From Eukaryota sp. GEM-RC1 (taxonomy: Eukaryota): a DNA stretch of 64,000 nt. The stretch covers positions 1-64,000 of the forward strand of contig JAUFOQ010000017.1 in assembly GCA_040285855.1 (NCBI GenBank). The letters run 5' to 3'. The notes beneath the pieces were generated by a model that had not been told where the DNA came from, did no database searches, and saw only the letters and a program-made list of their open reading frames with translations. Within the stretch, counting starts at the first letter, position 1; each line of letters starts with the position of its first letter. Below are positions 11,797-22,326 of this stretch, one piece after another. A program made the translations under genes and the position numbers.

Positions 11797-14700
11797 CGAT
11801 CTCTTCGTTTGGCTTCTTCCTCTGAGAAGCTCCCTGACAAGCCCTCTGATCCTCCTTCGGGTGTTGCCAAGAAAAAACCTGCTTCTTCTTCATCATCTAA
11901 GAAGAAGAAACCTCCTCCTTCTTCTTCTTCTCTACGCGGAACGTCTTCCCCAGAGTGTGTTGTATCTTCTAACAAGCTTTTAGCAACCTCTCATGACGTT
12001 TCCGCAGTTTTAGAGGAAGGAAAAAAATCTTCCTCATCTACCTCCTCTACTTCCTCTTCCTCCTTCATTCCTGTACTCAATTCATCCTCTACAAGACCTC
12101 CTCCATCTGTTAGAAGCAAATCCTCTTCCATTTCTACCAATGTCTCTCCTGAAAAACACGCGTGTTTTGACACGTGTGTTGAAAATTTAAATTCTTCCTC
12201 CTTGTATCCTGTTACTTGTCCTTCATGTGATTCCTCCTTAGGTACTAAGAAAGCCCTGTACCAACATTTCAATGGGGGCAAGTGCCCAAATGATTTTGTT
12301 CCGTCCTCTTCTTTTCTCTCTCCCTACAATCTTTCTTTCTGTCCTGTTGATGGTTGCTCAACCATTATCACAAAATCGAAAGCTGGTTTGACAGCTCATA
12401 TTACCAAGATGCATGGTGATTTGCCTACTGGTGTTCAATTCGATTTTAAAAATTCTAGTTCTTTCCCTTCAAAATCTTTTCGTTCTAATTTGTTTGAATT
12501 TTCAGATGAACTTTTTGTTTCTTTTTGTGAGCATATTTTTAAAACTGCTCCTTTTCTTTTCCAGTTAAGAAGTCCTTTTTGATGTACTTAACATCATTTG
12601 TTCTGCTCCTTTATCTCTTGAATCCAAAGCACGCTGGATTCTCCTTGCTCCTTCCTTGTCTCTCTTTGCCAAGGGCAACTGTAATTCTAACTTCAAGAAT
12701 TCAGTTTCTTTTTGTCGGCAGAGGATTTTTCTTTCTTAACCCCTCAAGTCTCTTCTTCTTCTAAGTCTTGTTCTTCTACTCGTTCCATGAAGTTGCTTCG
12801 TGATGGTGCTATTTCCAAAGCTTTTGATGTGCTGCTGAGAGACCCCTCTTCTCAGCTTTCTTTTCATCTGACACATTTCAAAAGTTGGTTGATCTTCATC
12901 CATCTGGTCCAGATCTGACCAATTTGGTTGAACCAGCTTCTTGTTTGTTTAGTTTTTCTGCTGAATCAGTGGTCTCTGCCATTCGCACTTACCCCAAAGG
13001 TTCTGCTGGTGGTCCTTTTGGCTGGACTTTGTCCCATTTTCCTGCCGTGTTGTCTGCTGATTTAAAAGAAATTTTGGTTTTTTGTTTAACAGCTTTTTAA
13101 ACAATTCTTGCTCTTCTGTTCTGTCTTCTGTTTTGACTTCCTCTAAACTTCTTGCTCTTTCAAAACCCAATGGTGGGGTAAGACCTATTGCTGTATCTGA
13201 ACTGTTTCCTCGGATTGTTGCTCGTTTCTTGGTTAAGAAGCTTAACTCCGATGTTTTCCGCAAATCTGGCCAGTTTGGTGTTTCATGCCCAAATGGTTCC
13301 GAAGCTATCGTCCATTATCTCCGTTCTTTGCGTTTCTCCCATCCTAGTTCTCGAATTATTTCTGTTGACATCAGGAATGCTTTTAACTGCGTTGACCGCA
13401 TCCAGATGTTAAAGGCGGTCAAACAGTTTCCTGATCTACTTCCTTTTTTCTTTTGGAGTTATAGTACTCCTTCTGATTTGTTCTTTGACAATCATTGTCT
13501 TTCTTCTTCTCAAGGCGTCCGTCAAGGAGATCCTCTTGGTCCCTTTCTTTACTCTTTGACCACGCTTCCTGTTCTTTCCTGGCTTAATTCTCTTTCTGGT
13601 GTTTCTTGTGTAGCTTACCTGGATGACACTTATATTGTCATTGATTCTGATGTTGATTCTTCTGACCTTTTGAATCAGTTATCGCAAAAATATGCTGATC
13701 TTGGTCTGGATCTCAATCTTGACAAGACCAAAATTTTGCGACCTTTGACAATTTTGTTGCTTTAGGATCTCCAATTGGAGATTCTGCCTTTGAAAAAACG
13801 TTGGCTGAAAGAGAAATGCACGCTTCTCTTTCCTCTATTTAAAAGTATTTCAAAGTTGCCCGTACAAGCTCAGCTTCTGTTCGTACGTTACTGTATTAAC
13901 TCAAAGTTGATGTATTGGGCTAGAACAGTGTCTGCTCCTTCTTCCAGGTTGCCCCTCAAATTATTTTTCCAAGAACTTCTTTCTTGGATTTCTTCTCTTT
14001 ACAGACTGCTATCCCTTATCCTGATTTACTGTCCTTTCCTGTTTCTCTTGGTGGTTTTGGTTTGGCTGATCTTTCCTTAATTTGTGAGATTCCTAATGCC
14101 GTTTCTTTGTTTTCTTCCAATTCTGTTATTCCTTCCTTATATTCTTTTCCGTCTCCTATTGTAAAACTTACTTTGTCTACTTTAAAACCTATTCTTTTAG
14201 ACTCAGATAATGCTTTACCTAAGGGTGCTCAGAAAAAATTAACTAGGATCTTCTTTTCAGATCGTGCTGAAACCTTTGCTTCTTCGTTGCCTTCAAATCT
14301 TCTTTCTGTCCATAATGCTTGCCAGTTACCTTTTTCTGGTCGTTTTCTTTCTCTTATTCCTTTTTGTCGAGACCTTACTCTTCAAGACTCCTCCCTCAGA
14401 TGGATTTGCCGTCATCGTCTTCTTTGTAGTCAGGACATTGTTTCTTGTAATCTTTGCTCTTTTTCTTCGGTTGATGCTGGTCACAGCTCAAATTGTAACA
14501 GCTGTTCTCGTCATCGTACTTTTAGACATGACGAGATCAAGAATCTCATTGCCGAACACACTTCTTTTGCCGTTGAATTCAAATTGAAGCTTGGTGCCGC
14601 TTATGGGGTCATTGACTTGTTTGACCCCACATCTAAACTCTGGTTTGGATGCTGCTGTGGTTGGGGGGGAATGGTCATCTCCCCTGACTATGATTTGGCT

Positions 14701-14984
14701 CATGCTGAATCACGTAAGTGGAACAGGTATGGGAAGTTTAGACCTGGATTAATTTCTGATCTAGTTCCTTTGATTTTTTCAATTTTTGGTGGTTTGTTTG
14801 AGGAAACTATTGCTTCTTTGAAATCTATTGGAGCTGATTCACTTATGGATCAGATTCATTGTATTTTAATTCGTAGAGGTGAGAGTATTTCTTGTTTGTA
14901 TCAAACACTGGCTAAGCTTCGCTCAGCTGGTATTTAGTTTTAATTTCTTATATTTTGCTATTTGTATTGATTTACCTTAATAAA
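11797..14984 (+). mobile_element. Near-full-length 28S-targeting non-LTR retrotransposon, CRE-like, RLE type (copy A)
   Basis: One frameshifted reading frame with zinc fingers, RT, CCHC and RLE; short 3' UTR; followed by partial target AGCCGCTT at 14985-14992. Confidence 0.93.
11809..14937 (+). CDS. Retrotransposon polyprotein (~1040 aa if repaired; several frameshifts): 2 zinc fingers, RT, zinc knuckle, restriction-like endonuclease
   Basis: CPSC..HFNGGKC; CPVDGC..HITKMH; KPNGGVRPIAV; QFGV..GSEAIVH; DIRNAFN; GVRQGDPLGP; YLDD; CNLC..H..C then RHD; IDL..(LDVAV in copy E); AESRKWNRY; LVPLIFSIFGG. True start not visible. Confidence 0.9.
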
Positions 14985-14992
14985 AGCCGCTT

Positions 14993-15711
14993 TTTCTGAA
15001 ATCTTTGCTTCTTCGTTGCCTTCAAATCTTCTTTCTGTCCATAACGCTTGCCAGTTACCTTTTTCTGGTCGTTTTCTTTCTCTTATTCCTTCTTGTCGAG
15101 ACCTTACTCTTCAAGACTCCTCCCTCAGATGGATTTGCCGTCATCGTCTTCTTTGTAGTCAGGACATTGTTTCTTGTAATCTTTGCTCTTTTTCTTCGGT
15201 TGATGCTGGTCACAGCTCAAATTGTAACAGCTGTTCTCGTCATCGTACTTTTAGACATGACGAGATCAAGAATCTCATTGCCGAACACACTTCTTTTGCC
15301 GTTGAATTCAAATTGAAGCTTGGTGCCGCTTATGGGGTCATTGACTTGTTTGACCCCACATCTAAACTCTGGTTTGGATGTTGCTGTGGTTGGGGGGAAT
15401 GGTCATCTCCCCTGACTATGATTTGGCTCATGCTGAATCACGTAAGTGGAACAGGTATGGGAAGTTTAGACCTGGATTAATTTCTGATCTAGTTCCTTTG
15501 ATTTTTCAATTTTTGGTGGTTTGTTTGAGGAAACTATTGCTTCTTTGAAATCTATTGGAGCTGATTCACTTATGGATCAGATTCATTGTATTTTAATTCG
15601 TAGAGGTGAGAGTATTTCTTGTTTGTATCAAACACTGGCTAAGCTTCGCTCAGCTGGTATTTAGTTTTAATTTCTTATATTTTGCTATTTGTATTGATTT
15701 ACCTTAATAAA
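14993..15711 (+). mobile_element. 5'-truncated copy B (~0.72 kb)
   Basis: Matches the 3' end of copy A from about 14267; followed by AGCCGCTTCGAT at 15712-15723. Confidence 0.92.
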
Positions 15712-18700
15712 AGCCGCTTCGATTTACCTTAATAAAAGCCGCTTCGAGTTGCCCGTTCAAGCTCAGCTTCTGTTCGTACGTTACTGTATTAACTCAAAGT
15801 TGATGTATTGGGCTAGAACAGTGTCTGCTCCTTCTTCCAGGTTGCCCCTCAAATTATTTTTCCAAGAACTTCTTTCTTGGATTTCTTCTCTTTACAGACT
15901 GCTATCCCTTATCCTGATTTACTGTCCTTTCCGGTTTCTCTTGGTGGTTTTGGTTTGGCTGATCTTTCCTTAATTTGTGAGATTCCTAATGCCGTTTCTT
16001 TGTTTTCTTCCAATTCTGTTATTCCTTCCTTATATTCTTTTCCGTCTCCTATTGTAAAACTTACTTTGTCTACTTTAAAACCTATTCTTTTAGACTCAGA
16101 TAATGCTTTACCTAAGGGTGCTCAGAAAAAACTAACTAGGATCTTCTTTTCAGATCGTGCTGAAATCTTTGCTTCTTCGTTGCCTTCAAATCTTCTTTCT
16201 GTCCATAACGCTTGCCAGTTACCTTTTTCTGGTCGTTTTCTTTCTCTTATTCCTTCTTGTCGAGACCTTACTCTTCAAGACTCCTCCCTCAGATGGATTT
16301 GCCGTCATCGTCTTCTTTGTAGTCAGGACATTGTTTCTTGTAATCTTTGCTCTTTTTCTTCGGTTGATGCTGGTCACAGCTCAAATTGTAACAGCTGTTC
16401 TCGTCATCGTACTTTTAGACATGACGAGATCAAGAATCTCATTGCCGAACACACTTCTTTTGCCGTTGAATTCAAATTGAAGCTTGGTGCCGCTTATGGG
16501 GTCATTGACTTGTTTGACCCCACATCTAAACTCTGGTTTGGATGTTGCTGTGGTTGGGGGGAATGGTCATCTCCCCTGACTATGATTTGGCTCATGCTGA
16601 ATCACGTAAGTGGAACAGGTATGGGAAGTTTAGACCTGGATTAATTTCTGATCTAGTTCCTTTGATTTTTTCAATTTTTTGGTGGTTTGTTTGAGGAAAC
16701 TATTGCTTCTTTGAAATCTATTGGAGCTGATTCACTTATGGATCAGATTCATTGTATTTCAATTCGTAGAGGTGAGAGTATTTCTTGTTTGTATCAAACA
16801 CTGGCTAAGCTTCGCTCAGCTGGTATTTAGTTTTAATTTCTTATATTTTGCTATTTGTATTGATTTACCTTAATAAAAGCCGCTTCGATTTACCTTAATA
16901 AAAGCCGCTTCGAGTTGCCCGTTCAAGCTCAGCTTCTGTTCGTACGTTACTGTATTAACTCAAAGTTGATGTATTGGGCTAGAACAGTGTCTGCTCCTTC
17001 TTCCAGGTTGCCCCTCAAATTATTTTTCCAAGAACTTCTTTCTTGGATTTCTTCTCTTTACAGACTGCTATCCCTTATCCTGATTTACTGTCCTTTCCGG
17101 TTTCTCTTGGTGGTTTTGGTTTGGCTGATCTTTCCTTAATTTGTGAGATTCCTAATGCCGTTTCTTTGTTTTCTTCCAATTCTGTTATTCCTTCCTTATA
17201 TTCTTTTCCGTCTCCTATTGTAAAACTTACTTTGTCTACTTTAAAACCTATTCTTTTAGACTCAGATAATGCTTTACCTAAGGGTGCTCAGAAAAAACTA
17301 ACTAGGATCTTCTTTTCAGATCGTGCTGAAATCTTTGCTTCTTCGTTGCCTTCAAATCTTCTTTCTGTCCATAATGCTTGCCAGTTACCTTTTTCTGGTC
17401 GTTTTCTTTCTCTTATTCCTTCTTGTCGAGACCTTACTCTTCAAGACTCCTCCCTCAGATGGATTTGCCGTCATCGTCTTCTTTGTAGTCAGGACATTGT
17501 TTCTTGTAATCTTTGCTCTTTTTCTTCGGTTGATGCTGGTCACAGCTCAAATTGTAACAGCTGTTCTCGTCATCGTACTTTTAGACATGACGAGATCAAG
17601 AATCTCATTGCCGAACACACTTCTTTTGCCGTTGAATTCAAATTGAAGCTTGGTGCCGCTTATGGGGTCATTGACTTGTTTGACCCCACATCTAAACTCT
17701 GGTTTGGATGTTGCTGTGGTTGGGGGGAATGGTCATCTCCCCTGACTATGATTTGGCTCATGCTGAATCACGTAAGTGGAACAGGTATGGGAAGTTTAGA
17801 CCTGGATTAATTTCTGATCTAGTTCCTTTGATTTTTCAATTTTTGGTGGTTTGTTTGAGGAAACTATTGCTTCTTTGAAATCTATTGGAGCTGATTCACT
17901 TATGGATCAGATTCATTGTATTTTAATTCGTAGAGGTGAGAGTATTTCTTGTTTGTATCAAACACTGGCTAAGCTTCGCTCAGCTGGTATTTAGTTTTAA
18001 TTTCTTATATTTTGCTATTTGTATTGATTTACCTTAATAAAAGCCGCTTCGATTTACCTTAATAAAAGCCGCTTCGAGTTGCCCGTTCAAGCTCAGCTTC
18101 TGTTCGTACGTTACTGTATTAACTCAAAGTTGATGTATTGGGCTAGAACAGTGTCTGCTCCTTCTTCCAGGTTGCCCCTCAAATTATTTTTCCAAGAACT
18201 TCTTTCTTGGATTTCTTCTCTTTACAGACTGCTATCCCTTATCCTGATTTACTGTCCTTTCCGGTTTCTCTTGGTGGTTTTGGTTTGGCTGATCTTTCCT
18301 TAATTTGTGAGATTCCTAATGCCGTTTCTTTGTTTTCTTCCAATTCTGTTATTCCTTCCTTATATTCTTTTCCGTCTCCTATTGTAAAACTTACTTTGTC
18401 TACTTTAAAACCTATTCTTTTAGACTCAGATAATGCTTTACCTAAGGGTGCTCAGAAAAAACTAACTAGGATCTTCTTTTCAGATCGTGCTGAAATCTTT
18501 GCTTCTTCGTTGCCTTCAAATCTTCTTTCTGTCCATAATGCTTGCCAGTTACCTTTTTCTGGTCGTTTTCTTTCTCTTATTCCTTCTTGTCGAGACCTTA
18601 CTCTTCAAGACTCCTCCCTCAGATGGATTTGCCGTCATCGTCTTCTTTGTAGTCAGGACATTGTTTCTTGTAATCTTTGCTCTTTTTCTTCCGGTTGATG

Positions 18701-19206
18701 CTGGTCACAGCTCAAATTGTAACAGCTGTTCTCGTCATCGTACTTTTAGACATGACGAGATCAAGAATCTCATTACCGAACACACTTCTTTTGCCGTTGA
18801 ATTCAAATTGAAGCTTGGTGCCGCTTATGGGGTCATTGACTTGTTTGACCCCACATCTAAACTTAGTTTGGATGTTGCTGTGGTTGGGGGGAATGGTCAT
18901 CTCCCCTGACTATGATTTGGCTCATGCTGAATCACGTAAGTGGAACAGGTATGGGAAGTTTAGACCTGGATTAATTTCTGATCTAGTTCCTTTGATTTTT
19001 TCAATTTTTGGTGGTTTGTTTGAGGAAACTATTGCTTCTTTGAAATCTATTGGAGCTGATTCACTTATGGATCAGATTCATTGTATTTTAATTCGTAGAG
19101 GTGAGAGTATTTCTTGTTTGTATCAAAAACTGGCTAAGCTTCGCTCAGCTGGTATTTACTTTTAATTTCTTATATTTTGCTATTTGTATTGATTTACCTT
19201 AATAAA
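15712..19206 (+). repeat. Three tandem ~1165-bp units, each target + 13-nt element 3' tip + target + ~1130-bp truncated copy (C, D, E)
   Basis: Junction AGCCGCTTCGAT-TTACCTTAATAAA-AGCCGCTTCGA-GTTGCCCGTTC at 15712, 16878 and 18042. Copies start at 15748, 16914 and 18078. Confidence 0.93.
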
Positions 19207-20093
19207 AGCCGCTTCGATGAGTCTTTCGCCCCTATACCCAAATTCGACGAGTGATTTGCACGTCAACATCGCTGCGGACTTCCACCAGAATTTCTCCTGG
19301 CTTCATCCTACTCAGGCATAGTTCAGCGGCTTTCGGGTCGTATCCGTACTGCTCATACGCGGATCTCTTTACAAGAACCGGTTGGAGTTGCAAGCCGAAG
19401 CCATCACTCCATGAAATTACTTTCATTGCGCCCTCAGGTTTTTACACCCTACGACTCGCAGTAAAGATACACTCCTTGGTCCGTGTTTCAAGACGGGACA
19501 GTTGGACCCTTTATATTGGAGTCTCGGCCGAAGCCGTATACCTGCCTCCAGAAGAATGTCAATGCCAAGGCTATAACACCACTATCAATGGCTACCTTCC
19601 TTAACACATTCAAACTCCCAAAGGCACTCCAATTCCGACAACCGAAGCTGTCTACTGTGGGGGGCCAACCGCTTATCCTATTAGTGATTTCAGGTACTTT
19701 TAACTCTCTCTTCAGAGTTCTTTTCACCTTTCCCTCCACGGTACTTGTGAACTATCGGTCTCCAACTATATTTAGCTTTACGGGAATCTTACCCCGCATT
19801 TAACGCTGCATTTCCAAACAGCGCGACTCTCGGAACACCAACGGTGATTCAGTCATTCGATGCCATGTACGGGATTTTCACCCTCCACGATACCCTTTTC
19901 CAAGGGTTTGTACACCGAGGACCAAACGCTGGAGTCCTTAGACCACATGTCGTCACAGCCAAAAGGCCATGAAGATTTAGTCTTGAGCTTTTTCCTGTTC
20001 GTTCGCCACTACTAAGGAAATCATAGTTATTTTCTTTTCCTCCCCTTATTGATATGCTTAAGTCCAGGGGTACTCCTACTTGAAATCAGGCCA
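19207..20093 (-). rRNA. 28S rRNA: 28S/LSU rRNA unit 3, 5' part only (3' part absent beyond the element stack)
   Basis: Near-identical to 978-1877 and begins with the same target 12-mer at 19207-19218. Confidence 0.95.
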
Positions 20094-20261
20094 TTTTTAA
20101 TGGTTGGGACCGAGATCCTCAACTACACATCAGTAAATAATCAAGCTATTGCAAAAGTTGCCTTCAACAACAGTAATGACCATCAACAGTCAGTACAGAA
20201 GATGTATTTAAGATCAGAAGATATACTTCAAACCCAATCAACCCGAAGGTTAAAGTGCATA

Positions 20262-20424
20262 CGACACTGATTCAAGTATACCCTAACAACGCCGAAGCAT
20301 TGAAAGGGTGCCATGTGCGTTCAAAATTTCGATGTTTCACAGGTTCTGCAATTCGCATTACGTATCGCATTTCGCTGCGTTCTTCATCGATCTTGGAGCC
20401 GAGACATCCATCACTAAGAGTCTT
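20262..20424 (-). rRNA. 5.8S rRNA: 5.8S rRNA unit 3
   Basis: Same sequence as 2045-2208. Confidence 0.96.
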
Positions 20425-20545
20425 TTAATTTCAAACACTGTAAACAGCGTCTAAAAAGGTTTTTAAATTTTATAATAAATGAATTGGTTCGTTATTAAGG
20501 TTAAGTTATAGTGAAGCTCAACTTGCGTCCAAGCAACACGTCGAC

Positions 20546-20693
20546 AATGATCCATCCGCAGGTTCACCTACGGATACCTTGTTACGACTTCTCCTTCCTC
20601 TAAATAGTAAGATTCACCCAATTTTCCCACCAGACCTTGCTTTGCAGCTTGATCCAGCGAGTCCAAAGGTTTCACCTCACCATTCAATCGGTG

Positions 20694-20730
<37 letters not shown>

Positions 20731-21178
20731 TTCAGTGCATGCTGATGACATGCACTTACAAGTTATTCCTCGTTCAAGACCCATAATTGCAAGGGTCTAT
20801 CCCAGTCAAGACAGACATTCTCAAGATTACCCAAACTTTTCAGTTAAGGACAAACTCGTTGAATCTGCCATTGTAGCGCGCGTGCGGCCCAGAACATCTA
20901 AGGGCATCACAGACCTGTTATTGCCTAAACCTTCCTCTGTGTAAAACCACAGCAGTCTCGCTAAGAAGAACAACCTATCCGAAAATAAGCTATCCTATTT
21001 AGCGACTTAGATCTCGTTCGTTATCGGAATTAACCAGACAAATCACTCCACCAACTAAGAACGGCCATGCGCCACTAACCGTAAGATCATGAAAGAGCTA
21101 TCAATCTGTCAATCCTTATTACGTCTGGACCTGGTAAGTTTCTCCGTGTTGAGTCAGATTAAGCTGCAGGCTCCACAA

Positions 21179-21235
<57 letters not shown>

Positions 21236-22326
21236 GTTACCCAAGAACTTATGGTTTCCCATAAGGTGCTCAGAGGGTCGTATGTTAACGCCTCCAAATC
21301 CCTAGTCGGCATAGTTTATGGTTGAGACTACGACGGTGTCTAATCGTCTTCGATCCCCCAACTTTCGACCTTGATTAATGAGAACATCTTTGGCAAATGC
21401 TTTCGCAGTAGTTAGTCATCCGGCAATCCAAGAATTTCACCTCTGACACCCGGAGTACTAATGCCCCAACTGTCCCTTTTAATCATTACTCTAGTCCTCA
21501 AAACCAATAAAACAGAACCAAAGTCCTATTCCATTATTCCATGCTAAGTTATTCAATTGCATAAAGCCTGCTTTGAACACTCTAATTTTTTCAAAGTAAA
21601 CGGTCTAAATTCAATAACCACCGCCGAAGCAAATGATCATTGTCCTTAGACTTAAGAGCTTGCCATCCAACAGGTTAGACCCATCAGACAACAAACTCTG
21701 ACTTTCAACTACGGACGATTTAAACGCAGCAATTTTAAGATACACTACTAGAGCTGGAATTACCGCGGCTGCTGGCACCAGACTTGCCCTCTAGTAGCTC
21801 CTCGTTAAAGGTTTTAAGTTGTACTCATTCCAATTACGAACTCAAAAGAGCCCAGTATTGTTATTTTTGTCACTACCTCCTCGTGTTGAGATTGGGTAAT
21901 TTTCGCGCCTGCTGCCTTCCTTGGATGTGGTAGCCGTTTCTCAGGCTCCCTCTCCGGAATCAAACCCTAATTCCCCGTTACCCGTCATAACCACCGTAAG
22001 CCACTACCTTACGGTTTAGTTGATAGGGCAGTGATTTAAGCGATATGTCGCCGTCCGAAGACATGCGATCAGCATAGTTATTATGAATCACCAAAGACCT
22101 GTTGCCAGGATTGGTTTTGTATCTAATAAATGCATCACTGTTGCCAATGATTGAGTGCATGTATTAGCTCTGGAATTACCACGGTTATCCAAGTAGTAAG
22201 TACTATCGCATAAATTATCACTGATTTAATGAGCCATTCGCAGTTTCGGAGAAAACTCCTGAACTTAGACATGCATGGCTTAATCTTTGAGACAAGCATA
22301 TGCCTACTGGCAGGATCAACCAGGTA
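20546..22326 (-). rRNA. 18S rRNA: 18S/SSU rRNA unit 3, complete
   Basis: Runs from TACCTGGTTGATCCTGCC to AAGTCGTAACAAGGTATCCGTAGGTGAACCTGCGGATGGATCATT. Confidence 0.97.

Noticed and set aside
11797..14984. Calling the element R2
   Set aside because: Different target site, opposite orientation and CRE-like RT motifs; clade assignment needs a phylogeny.
1..22326. Short ORFs overlapping rRNA genes and spacers
   Set aside because: Incidental frames in structural RNA or non-coding DNA.
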